Under the pieces are notes generated by a model, which saw nothing but the letters and a program-made list of their open reading frames with translations, had not been told where the DNA came from and ran no database searches. This document shows positions 1 to 8,049 of a DNA stretch of 20,000 nt, piece by piece; within the stretch, counting starts at the first letter, position 1; every line of letters begins with the position of its first letter. This stretch comes from an uncultured virus (IMG/VR IMGVR_UViG_3300028800_000095) (lineage: Duplodnaviria > Heunggongvirae > Uroviricota > Caudoviricetes): IMG/VR virus record IMGVR_UViG_3300028800_000095. One strand, 5' to 3'. A program made the position numbers and the translations under genes.

Positions 1-173
1 CGACCCGCTCGTGTTCCTTGCCTACCGGGCTCTAACGCGGAGAACCCCGTCGTGAGTTGCGAGCATTCCTGGGGGGTCCTCCTTTTAAACATCGCCCTAC
101 TAGTCGCCTCGTGGGTCGGATGCTATCTTGCCGGTCGGTCGGACGGTAAGTACTACGAACAACGAAGGAGACG

Positions 174-392
174 TTGGTGAGAAAACACGACGATGACTCG
201 ACCCGCAAGGAAAGCAAGTATGGGCAGAAGCGCACGAGTGGCAAGATGATGTATGGCCCCGGTTGCTGTGCGCATACGATCTCTGCGGATCAAGTCCGTA
301 AGGCGAAGGAGGAAGCTCGCCGCAATGGGGCCTACCGGGAGAGCTACCACTCAAGAATCTACCGTGACTTCGCCTACGGGAGCGCCGATTGA
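174..392 (+). CDS. small basic hypothetical protein
   Basis: AAGGAG RBS before TTG/GTG (174/177); the stop overlaps the next gene's start (TTGATG). Confidence 0.55.
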   Translation: MVRKHDDDSTRKESKYGQKRTSGKMMYGPGCCAHTISADQVRKAKEEARRNGAYRESYHSRIYRDFAYGSAD

Positions 393-1252
393 TGATGACC
401 CTCGATGACCTGCTTGTCATGCTCGCGGCAACGGTCGATGTTCTCGCTAAGAGCAGTGAGGAGGACGAGCGTATCACCTTCGTGATCGACCGCAAGAAGC
501 TAGACAGGGAGGTGTTAATCGAAGACGCCGATTCTCTCCTAATCGTCCTGCGTGAGAACCTCCTGCGCCTAAAGGAGATCGATGAGAAGGAGACCTACTT
601 TAAGTCACGCAGGCCCGGGGCAACAGCGGCGGACTGCATCGGGTTCCTATACCAGCAAAAGGCCCTCCTAGAGAAGGAGCCTGCCGGGCTCGCCAGGGAC
701 CTCGGTAGGAGGTTCCTAGACGCTACGGTAGCGCACTTGCAGGAACTGCACGGTCGTAGGGAGGCAGCGGATAAGGACGCCTATAAGCGACGGGAGGAGG
801 CCGCAGAGGCCGCCCGGGAGAAGCGCAGAGCCTACGAGAAACAGAACGCCGAACGTGAAAGAGCGTATAAACAAAAGCAGCATGAATCCGCTACCGGCCA
901 GCAGAAACAGTATCGGAGTCCATTCGAGGAGTACTTTACCGGTAGGGCGCAAACCAGAGAAGATAAAGAGCGTATGGAGGAGATGTATAAGGCCTTTAAC
1001 AGCGCTTTCGGTGGAGATCCCTTCGGCTTTTCCTCCGCGAAGGATAAGGAGAGCAAGAAGACCCGTCCCTCCAGGTCCGGTACTAAGTGGTTCGAAGTCC
1101 TAGGCGTTAGCGCCGGGGCGGATAAGAAGACGATTAACGACGCCTGGCGAAAGCTTGCGAAGCAGCATCACCCCGATAGGGCCGGTGGCTCTAACGAGAA
1201 GATGTCACAAATCAATGCAGCGCGTGACGAGGGGTTAGGTGGTCTTCTCTAG
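389..1252 (+). CDS. coiled-coil protein with C-terminal DnaJ (J) domain
   Basis: C-terminal WFEVLGV...INDAWRKLAKQHHPDRAGG...MSQINAA contains the HPD motif; E/R/K/A-rich helical middle. Start may be ATG 392. Confidence 0.85.
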   Translation: MMMTLDDLLVMLAATVDVLAKSSEEDERITFVIDRKKLDREVLIEDADSLLIVLRENLLRLKEIDEKETYFKSRRPGATAADCIGFLYQQKALLEKEPAGLARDLGRRFLDATVAHLQELHGRREAADKDAYKRREEAAEAAREKRRAYEKQNAERERAYKQKQHESATGQQKQYRSPFEEYFTGRAQTREDKERMEEMYKAFNSAFGGDPFGFSSAKDKESKKTRPSRSGTKWFEVLGVSAGADKKTINDAWRKLAKQHHPDRAGGSNEKMSQINAARDEGLGGLL

Positions 1253-3466
1253 CTTCTTGATATTCTTGATCCGCTTCGGCCAATAGCAGGTCTTACCGTC
1301 TATATCACCGGTAGCGATCAAGTCGCCTAGGATCAAGTTCGTGAGGATCTCGTCAAGCTCCCGCCCACGTATATAGCGAGAGAGGCGCATCAGCATCGAC
1401 TTAGGTAACAGGCCGCGTTTAACCAGAGCGTGTTCTACCGGGCTACGCGCCCGGCTCTGATGCTCCCGGACGTGGGTTATGATCCGCTCGATAAACTTCG
1501 ACCCTCTCTCTGTTGAGTTTCTAGCCGATGACTGCTCGACACGACGCACCCAAGACTCGGAAGTCCAAGTCAAGAAGCGGGTAGCCCAAGTCGCGATCTC
1601 TTCCGTAATCATCGGCTTCTCTGCGTTGATCCCTACCGCAACAATGCCAGCGACGATAAGAGCGTTTTGGTTCGCCCTACCCCAGATCTCGGAAGTTCCA
1701 CCCGAGGCGGCGCTTTCGCGGCATTTAAGGTAGAAGTCATTAAACTGCCCCCACACCTTAGTAGACTCAAACCGGATGCGACGGAATGGTAAATCGGCGT
1801 GGGGTCTCTTAATCGCCTTAAAGGCTAAGAGCTTGTCTTCTATCCGGGACGGGAAGATATGATCGCGAGCTTCGTTCATGCGAGGCATCTTCTCCCCGGC
1901 ATCAAGAAGGATAAAGCGATTGACAAGGCCTAGTTGCAACTCAGCCTCGGTAAGAGCTTCGAGCAGATGTCCTGGTTGGGCTGCCGCGAGCACCGAGAAG
2001 AAGGGATAGTCAATAGACTTGATCGCATTCTTTCGAGCTGGCAATCCCGGGATCGAGGAGGCTCCCTTGCCGTACATCTCTAATAGGTGAGTTACGATAG
2101 CATAATCCTGTCCCCCGGTAGATCTCGCGGCGCTCTTAAGCTTTCGAGCGCACTCGTCCCACAGCATTAAAGCGGCGGATGGGGGATTAGCGAGCGTGTC
2201 GAGCATCGCGTGATAGCTCTGGAATCCCTTAAACACGTTCTCGCCTAGTCCGACACGACGAGCGGCTAGGAATACGGAATCCATAGCGGACTCCTTACCA
2301 CTAGCTGTCGGGGCGATCAATAGGAAGTAGGGTTGAAGAGGGGTATCCCAATAATCTACGATGTAGTTATTGCGCGAGCAGAGGGCTACCGTCGAGAGAC
2401 CGGCTGCAAGATTAAACAGCGGTTGATTCGAGAATGAGCGCTTCGAGGCCCAAGTCGAGATCTCCCCGACTAACCCCGGTACTTGCAAGAGCCTAGGATC
2501 AATACGGAAGGCATCATCCCCGGGCTCGTCTCCCTCGTCAGGAGGCATTTCCTCTTCGCTCTTCTTTCCTCCGATCCACTCCCGAAGGCAGCGCAGATTA
2601 TCACCGGAGATCCACTGCGAGAGGGCAGGCCAACCCGGGATCTTATTCCCCTCCTTAAAATTCTTTAGGACGTTACTGATCGTCCTCTCGTGCTTCGTTC
2701 GGTCCTCTCCGTCAGACGCGGCGGCATCTAACGTCGCTGATGTAAAGTGCAGGATCTCCTTAGAATCCCAACCATTCCAGCAAAGGGCACCGGACAGGGC
2801 GACTAGGAAATCATGGCGAGATCCCTTAGTAGGCCAGCATATGGCAGCGAGTGCCGCAGCCGAGACGTGACGGATAAGAAGTTCTAGGCGAGATCGTGGG
2901 ATTCTCTTAAAGGCCGTATCGTGGTAGATCTCATACGGCTCACTACTTGGATGGATCGATGGCGGCAATACGCTCTGAGTTCCCGTTGATCTTATCTCTG
3001 CAATGGTTCCGATCTCCGGGGTCTGGAACTTTCTGGTATTGATTCCCTCGCACCTATAGAGGTAGTGAGATCCTGGTGCTGATTTCCTGCCGTAGATAAA
3101 GGTCTCTGGTAGCATTCTGCGGGCGGCTAAACAGGCCTCCTCGGTATCAAGGTCTATGTCAACAACCCAGCCCGAGGGTTCGCCCCACAGACCTCCTACG
3201 TTGTATCCCCGATAGAAGAAGCGCTCGATGGCGTCCTCGGTCACGCGCATCTTATTCCAGCCCTTGCCCCCTACCGGTTTCTTGCTCCTTTTCGCTAGGG
3301 GTACGGGCAGAATGCCTAGGGAAAGCCAATCCTTAGCAATAGCGGCTGAATCGATTTGCTTAATCGGGTGCGATCCGTTAAGCTTCTTCGCGCTAGAGAT
3401 CTTGGTCGGTATCAAACGGCGCGTAGGCTTTCCCCCCTGCGCGTCGTTTCTTTGTATGCGGATCAA
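1235..3466 (-). CDS. bifunctional primase-polymerase (Prim-Pol) fused to a C-terminal P-loop/helicase-like domain
   Basis: N-terminal GILPVPL..SKKP..GW, NVGG, VVDIDLD, GSHYLY, QSVLPPSIHPS motifs; C-terminal Walker A APTASGKE and Walker B LMLWDE; GAGGGG RBS 8 nt before TTG 3466. Confidence 0.85.
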   Translation of the reverse strand: MIRIQRNDAQGGKPTRRLIPTKISSAKKLNGSHPIKQIDSAAIAKDWLSLGILPVPLAKRSKKPVGGKGWNKMRVTEDAIERFFYRGYNVGGLWGEPSGWVVDIDLDTEEACLAARRMLPETFIYGRKSAPGSHYLYRCEGINTRKFQTPEIGTIAEIRSTGTQSVLPPSIHPSSEPYEIYHDTAFKRIPRSRLELLIRHVSAAALAAICWPTKGSRHDFLVALSGALCWNGWDSKEILHFTSATLDAAASDGEDRTKHERTISNVLKNFKEGNKIPGWPALSQWISGDNLRCLREWIGGKKSEEEMPPDEGDEPGDDAFRIDPRLLQVPGLVGEISTWASKRSFSNQPLFNLAAGLSTVALCSRNNYIVDYWDTPLQPYFLLIAPTASGKESAMDSVFLAARRVGLGENVFKGFQSYHAMLDTLANPPSAALMLWDECARKLKSAARSTGGQDYAIVTHLLEMYGKGASSIPGLPARKNAIKSIDYPFFSVLAAAQPGHLLEALTEAELQLGLVNRFILLDAGEKMPRMNEARDHIFPSRIEDKLLAFKAIKRPHADLPFRRIRFESTKVWGQFNDFYLKCRESAASGGTSEIWGRANQNALIVAGIVAVGINAEKPMITEEIATWATRFLTWTSESWVRRVEQSSARNSTERGSKFIERIITHVREHQSRARSPVEHALVKRGLLPKSMLMRLSRYIRGRELDEILTNLILGDLIATGDIDGKTCYWPKRIKNIKKLEKTT

Positions 3467-3570
3467 ATCACGTTCCCCTCGAATGTGCTGGTTCGTTTAC
3501 TTGTGGATACGTAGGATTTAACCTACGCCGAGCTTCGCAAAGTTAAACGCAAAATTCCGGGGAAGCAAGA
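3467..3570. promoter_or_regulatory. divergent intergenic region with inverted repeat
   Basis: 104-nt gap between divergent genes; CGTAGG-ATTTAA-CCTACG inverted repeat at 3510-3527. Confidence 0.45.
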
Positions 3571-4113
3571 GTGAAACTAGTAGTTGTAGAAGGCCCCGAC
3601 GGGGCTGGCAAGAGTACGCTGATCTACCGACTAAAGCAGGAAAGTAAACGACACTTCGTAGTCCTGCACCGAGCAAACCCCCCAGAGAACGTATCGCAGA
3701 TAGTAGGGGCAACTGACATCCTATCTGCCGCGTCCTTCTCGGATGTTAACGTCGTATGCGACCGACACCCCTTTATCTCCGAGCCTATCTATGGTCTAAC
3801 CCTACGGGGTAAGAACCTCCTAGAGGGACTGTACGGTCACTCGATGCTCCGGGCGACTCTTGCTGATACGGTAGATCGGGTCATCTACTGTCGTCCTCCG
3901 ATAGAGGTCATCGTCGAGAACGCTAAGAACCAGCACCAGCTCTCCGGGGTTCACGAAAGAATCCTGACCCTTATCGAAGCCTACGACGAGATGATGAGCA
4001 GCATCCGTAATGAGCTAGGTATACCGGTCCTTCGCTATGACTGGACCGACGAGCTTTCCACCTTCGGCCCTACCTACCCTATCGAACGCCTTTTCTTTGG
4101 AGACGTAAAGTGA
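3571..4113 (+). CDS. deoxynucleoside monophosphate (thymidylate-kinase-like) kinase
   Basis: VVVEGPDGAGKST P-loop and VCDRHPFISEPIYG (TMK DR..S..Y motif). Confidence 0.85.
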   Translation: MKLVVVEGPDGAGKSTLIYRLKQESKRHFVVLHRANPPENVSQIVGATDILSAASFSDVNVVCDRHPFISEPIYGLTLRGKNLLEGLYGHSMLRATLADTVDRVIYCRPPIEVIVENAKNQHQLSGVHERILTLIEAYDEMMSSIRNELGIPVLRYDWTDELSTFGPTYPIERLFFGDVK

Positions 4114-4721
4114 AAGACCGCCTCGGAGAGATCTTCGAACGCCAGCTCTCGTACTATAAGAGCTTAAGCCCGGTCATGCTCTTAAACGGATTCTTTCCGT
4201 ATGACTACCCGTTAGACATACAGGACCGAAAGGACCAAGAACATTTACGGCTCCTAGCCTGGCGATTGACCGAGGAGTTAATCGAGGCCCTTAACAGCTA
4301 TAACAGTCTGCTTGAGGAGCTGTCCGACGCTCTGCATTTCCTGGTCGAACTATCCCTAGCCTCCGGAGTTTCCCAGGCCGAACTCTCTACCGGGGTAGAA
4401 CACACTTCCTTGGAACTCGTAGGCGATCAAGACGTGCTTGGGATCATGTTCGAGAATCCGAGCGAGGAGTTTGGGTCTAGCAATGGCTTTGCCTTTCGGG
4501 TCTATCGCACCATCGATATCCTCGGGCAGACGATGAACTCCTTACGCCAACGTCCGTGGCGCAGAGAGGATCGACCGAGTGATCGCAAGGTTTTCGTAGC
4601 CGGTCTCTCTCTGGTTTTTAAGTCCTTTATCAACGCAGTGGCGTATAGGCATACGGATCAGGAACTATTCGACGCCTACTTCGCTAAGGCAAAGGTTAAT
4701 GACGAGCGACAAAAGGTATGA
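4110..4721 (+). CDS. all-alpha NTP pyrophosphatase (dimeric dUTPase/dCTPase/MazG-like)
   Basis: TEELIE...LEELSDALHF acidic motifs, RPWR, and C-terminal AYFAKAKVNDERQ. Confidence 0.75.
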   Translation: MKDRLGEIFERQLSYYKSLSPVMLLNGFFPYDYPLDIQDRKDQEHLRLLAWRLTEELIEALNSYNSLLEELSDALHFLVELSLASGVSQAELSTGVEHTSLELVGDQDVLGIMFENPSEEFGSSNGFAFRVYRTIDILGQTMNSLRQRPWRREDRPSDRKVFVAGLSLVFKSFINAVAYRHTDQELFDAYFAKAKVNDERQKV

Positions 4722-5521
4722 GTCTCTGGTCTGCTCCTCTCCTCTATACCGTTGCGAAGACCCCGACGGTAGGATGGCAAGCGATTGGGAAGGTAGTTCA
4801 GGATATAACCTATCGAACGACTAGACTGCCTCGTTGGAATTACTCCGACTGGGGTTACGGAACGAACAAGGTAAAACAGTTAGAGCGCAATTACATCAAT
4901 GAAGAAGAGATCGAGCGAGTCAAGCAAGTCCTTAAGAGGCGGAGCCTCGTTAAGTATACGTCCGTGGCGCTCTCTCTGCGTGGCAAACCGAAGGATGCCA
5001 GGTCGCAAGGGTGGTGCATGTTATCTATGGTTGTTTCCAGGACGGCGGAACGCACTTCGGTCGAAATGCAATACCGCACCACAGAGGCTATCCTTAAGTA
5101 CGCAGCCGACGTAATCTTCATTCAGGACATCTTTCGGCGTCTGGAGATTGACCCTACTGCCTTTACCTTTCGGTTCGCCAACATCGCTCTCTCCGGGGCC
5201 TACTTCCCCTACCTCGTTGACAAACTCGATCTCCCTACGTTCCTAAAAGAGATACACCGGGAAGACCCAGAGTTTTTCCTACGTACCACTCGTTTCCTGC
5301 TTAAGGCAAGTTACGAGAAGGACCAATACCACCCGTTCTCTCCCGAGCGGGTAAGCCACAAGTTCCTTTGGGAGCGGGCAAGTAGCCGGCAGATCAAGGA
5401 AATCCGAAATTTTCTGGAACCTCTGCACAAGGCTACTGGACGCCCGCTCCCGAAGGACTTTCACTCGGCTGATACCTACATCCCGAAAGGGCAACGTAAC
5501 GATGAAGGGGAAGAAGAATGA
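4718..5521 (+). CDS. divergent thymidylate-synthase-fold protein (paralog A)
   Basis: GWC (Cys codon 5015), then 20 codons later RTTEAILKYAAD, the same Cys-Arg spacing as TS C146/R166; shares NY-x4-E-[IL]ERVK-x2-L with 6884..7429. Confidence 0.55.
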   Translation: MSLWSAPLLYTVAKTPTVGWQAIGKVVQDITYRTTRLPRWNYSDWGYGTNKVKQLERNYINEEEIERVKQVLKRRSLVKYTSVALSLRGKPKDARSQGWCMLSMVVSRTAERTSVEMQYRTTEAILKYAADVIFIQDIFRRLEIDPTAFTFRFANIALSGAYFPYLVDKLDLPTFLKEIHREDPEFFLRTTRFLLKASYEKDQYHPFSPERVSHKFLWERASSRQIKEIRNFLEPLHKATGRPLPKDFHSADTYIPKGQRNDEGEEE

Positions 5522-5898
5522 AAATCTGCTTGATTGGTAGCACTCGATTCATGGATCTCTACCGGGAATGGAATCGTCGATTAACCCTAGCAGGACACGT
5601 AGTCTATACGGTAGCTACGATCTCTAGTAGTGCGGCAGCCCAGCACATAAAGGCAGAAGCCTTTATTACGGACGACCAAAAAGAGACACTGGATTTAGTT
5701 CACCTGCGTAAGATTCAAGAGAGCGATGCGATAGTCCTCATCACGGATCAGACCAACTACGTTGGGTTCTCAACAAAACGTGAGTTAAAGTGGGCCCGTA
5801 TGCTTCGTAAAATTCGATACACAGTTCTAAATGAGAAGGATATGGATTTCCTCTGCTCGATGATCGATGGTGATCCGGAGGAGGGTATTCCGGTATGA
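5518..5898 (+). CDS. nucleoside 2-deoxyribosyltransferase-like / nucleotide N-glycosidase-fold protein
   Basis: KICLIGS..F...LTLAGHVV...HLRKIQESDAIVLI...YVGFSTKRELKWA fits the NDT-like fold pattern, including the catalytic-position Glu. Confidence 0.65.
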   Translation: MKICLIGSTRFMDLYREWNRRLTLAGHVVYTVATISSSAAAQHIKAEAFITDDQKETLDLVHLRKIQESDAIVLITDQTNYVGFSTKRELKWARMLRKIRYTVLNEKDMDFLCSMIDGDPEEGIPV

Positions 5899-6740
5899 GG
5901 ACCTACGCGACCTTCTCCCACGCTCGACAGGCTCTTAGCGATCTATTCGAGCAGGGTAGCTACATCGTTCATGCACCGAAGTGGCAGGGAGTTGACGTCT
6001 CTACGAAGCCTGAGATGGCGATGCACGAAGTCCTTAACCCGGATTTTCAGGTCGCGTTGCGCCCGGCTCCTCTCAAGCATTGGCAGGAAGACATCAAGCC
6101 TAACCTGCCTTTCGCTGACGTGCATTTCGAGGAGCGGGTGGGGGGACACCCCACGAACCCCGGCGAGGCGTGGAAGATCTGGCCCTGGGGGCATAACGCG
6201 GCCGGTTTCCTAGAGGTAAACGGGCTGCAATTTACGCATACCTACCAGGAGAGATTCTGGCCTAAGTTCGCCGGGTTAACTAAGGGGCCTCATGGACCCG
6301 AACAAACGGCCTACGTAAAGAAACGAGGAGCTAAGCCCCTAGAGGGGGTACGGTATGAATATGCTGATCTTAATGACCTCGTTGATCACCTTGTTTCTGA
6401 TCCGCTGTCTCGTCAAGCTTACCTACCAATCTGGTTTCCAGAGGACGGGACCTGCACTGGCCGTAAGCCTTGCACTCTCGGTTACCATTTCATGCTTCGT
6501 CACGAATACCTGCATGTCACTTACCTGATTAGGTCCTGCGACTTCTACCGTCACTTTAACGATGATTGCTATCTTACGCTCCGACTCCTTCTTTGGATGA
6601 TCGAGCGGTTAGCCGAGAAGGACCCGAGGTGGGAGTCCGTGCGACCGGGTTTTCTGGTTTTTAAGTGCGGTAGCCTTCACATGTTCCGAGGGGACTATGA
6701 TCGACTCTTCCCGCCGAAAACCCGTAAAGCTTCCACATAA
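5895..6740 (+). CDS. thymidylate synthase family protein, probable dCMP hydroxymethylase/methylase type
   Basis: SRQAYLPIW, KPC, RSCDFYRHFNDD and GSLHMF motifs; Asp at the position of TS Asn177. Confidence 0.85.
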   Translation: MRTYATFSHARQALSDLFEQGSYIVHAPKWQGVDVSTKPEMAMHEVLNPDFQVALRPAPLKHWQEDIKPNLPFADVHFEERVGGHPTNPGEAWKIWPWGHNAAGFLEVNGLQFTHTYQERFWPKFAGLTKGPHGPEQTAYVKKRGAKPLEGVRYEYADLNDLVDHLVSDPLSRQAYLPIWFPEDGTCTGRKPCTLGYHFMLRHEYLHVTYLIRSCDFYRHFNDDCYLTLRLLLWMIERLAEKDPRWESVRPGFLVFKCGSLHMFRGDYDRLFPPKTRKAST

Positions 6741-7194
6741 ATTTAAGGCACTCATTTTCCTAGACGGGGGCCGTTGGTGGTGCCAGGAATGGCAATCGGA
6801 ACAATACCCGGAACTGCGGGTCAGAGTCCACGGGAATAGGAAAACCGGCCAGAAGTTTAGAACCTACCACATCGAGAATTCTAATGCCCAAGTCGAGAGT
6901 CTTGCCGATGCGATTAAATCCATTCGGTCTAACCATTCCCGACTTCTGGAACAACCAAGTCCCGAAGTACGAGTCAAAAAACTACGGAACGATGGTCGTA
7001 GACCTGATCTGGAATCCGAAGTACGGTCGAGCGATAGAACAGATAAGCGCGAAGCGAGCCGCAAACCGGTGGAACAACTACGTAAGCCCCATCGAATTGG
7101 AAAGAGTCAAGGCGAAACTGACCTCGAAGGGCGAGGCGTCCATTCGGTTCGGAGCGGAAAAAACAGGCCACGGCTACTCCGGAGAGCGCGGTGA
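6697..7194 (+). CDS. hypothetical protein overlapping both neighbours
   Basis: GAGGGG upstream of ATG; N-terminal half looks globular and fills the 6741-6883 gap; C-terminal half overlaps 6884..7429. Confidence 0.35.
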   Translation: MIDSSRRKPVKLPHKFKALIFLDGGRWWCQEWQSEQYPELRVRVHGNRKTGQKFRTYHIENSNAQVESLADAIKSIRSNHSRLLEQPSPEVRVKKLRNDGRRPDLESEVRSSDRTDKREASRKPVEQLRKPHRIGKSQGETDLEGRGVHSVRSGKNRPRLLRRAR

Positions 7195-7429
7195 CTTCTG
7201 TCTAGTAGGCGGAGTAATCAAGGGAAAGAACCTGGCTCTGTTCTATCGCAGCTTAGAGCTGATCGGTGGATTCGCCTATGACCTGACTCTGATTAATGGT
7301 CTAGGGGATAACCTCGGGATTAAGTTAAACTTAGTTACGATTTACACCTGCAAGGCCTTTACCTTCGCTCTGAAAGGAAACTCGAATGAGAAGCTCTACC
7401 CGAAGTTACAAACCATTTTCAAAACTTGA
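6884..7429 (+). CDS. minimal divergent thymidylate-synthase-fold protein (paralog B)
   Basis: GDFC (Cys codon 7199), then YRSLELIGGFAYD; similar to 4718..5521. Start 6884 or 6908. Confidence 0.55.
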   Translation: MPKSRVLPMRLNPFGLTIPDFWNNQVPKYESKNYGTMVVDLIWNPKYGRAIEQISAKRAANRWNNYVSPIELERVKAKLTSKGEASIRFGAEKTGHGYSGERGDFCLVGGVIKGKNLALFYRSLELIGGFAYDLTLINGLGDNLGIKLNLVTIYTCKAFTFALKGNSNEKLYPKLQTIFKT

Positions 7430-7637
7430 TCTCTGGTTAGACAAAAGGATATCCCTCTGGAGCGGTTGGATTAGTGGTATTGGAGGAGTTATCTTAGGGG
7501 AGGGGGTAGGCCAGGTAATCCATAGCCATTATTGGTTCGCGGCTTTACTTATCGCGACCGGGGCTATGATCATTACCCTATGTTTTCGCTCTATCATTGT
7601 GCATTGGAGAATGTTCGAGGAGAGATTTCGTGGATAG
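7386..7637 (+). CDS. small membrane protein (two hydrophobic segments)
   Basis: ISLWSGWISGIGGVILG and YWFAALLIATGAMIITLCF; fills the gap in the operon. Confidence 0.5.
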   Translation: MRSSTRSYKPFSKLDLWLDKRISLWSGWISGIGGVILGEGVGQVIHSHYWFAALLIATGAMIITLCFRSIIVHWRMFEERFRG

Positions 7638-8049
7638 ACTAGAACGCGAGGAGTTTCTGATCGAGGTCGCAAAGCTTTGCGCCAGGCGTTCTACCTGCGG
7701 GCGATTGCAGGTAGGAGCCGTCATTAGCGATATGGGGCGCATTATCGCGACCGGGTATAACGGACCCCCAAGCGGGTTTAAGCATTGCCTGGAGAATAAC
7801 TGCGATATCTCGGAGATCTGCACCAGGACGGTTCATGCCGAGACTAACGCGATTGCCTTCGCCGCCCGGTTCGGGATACGGACTAACGGGGCCTCTATGT
7901 ACGCTACCGATAGTCCCTGTGAGCAGTGCGCTAAGTTTATCATCCAGGCGGGGATTAAGCTGTTCGTGTACTATCGAACGTATCGGGATACGAAGCCGGT
8001 TCAACTTATGCGTGACGCCGGGATCGAAGTAAGGCTCTATGCCCCGTAA
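7630..8049 (+). CDS. dCMP deaminase (ComEB-like)
   Basis: RSTC...VGAVI...IIATGYNG...HAETNAI...PCEQC zinc motifs; GAGGAG RBS supports GTG 7630 rather than 7597. Confidence 0.92.
   Translation: MDRLEREEFLIEVAKLCARRSTCGRLQVGAVISDMGRIIATGYNGPPSGFKHCLENNCDISEICTRTVHAETNAIAFAARFGIRTNGASMYATDSPCEQCAKFIIQAGIKLFVYYRTYRDTKPVQLMRDAGIEVRLYAP

Noticed and set aside
1..170. Possible structured RNA or terminator (CGACCC/GGGTCG inverted match; GGGGGGTCCTCCTTTT)
   Set aside because: The stems are short and match no RNA family I can recognise; the region is cut by the window edge.
5895..6740. Annotation as canonical thyA
   Set aside because: It has Asp rather than Asn at the specificity position, a non-canonical N-terminus, and a modification-type gene context.
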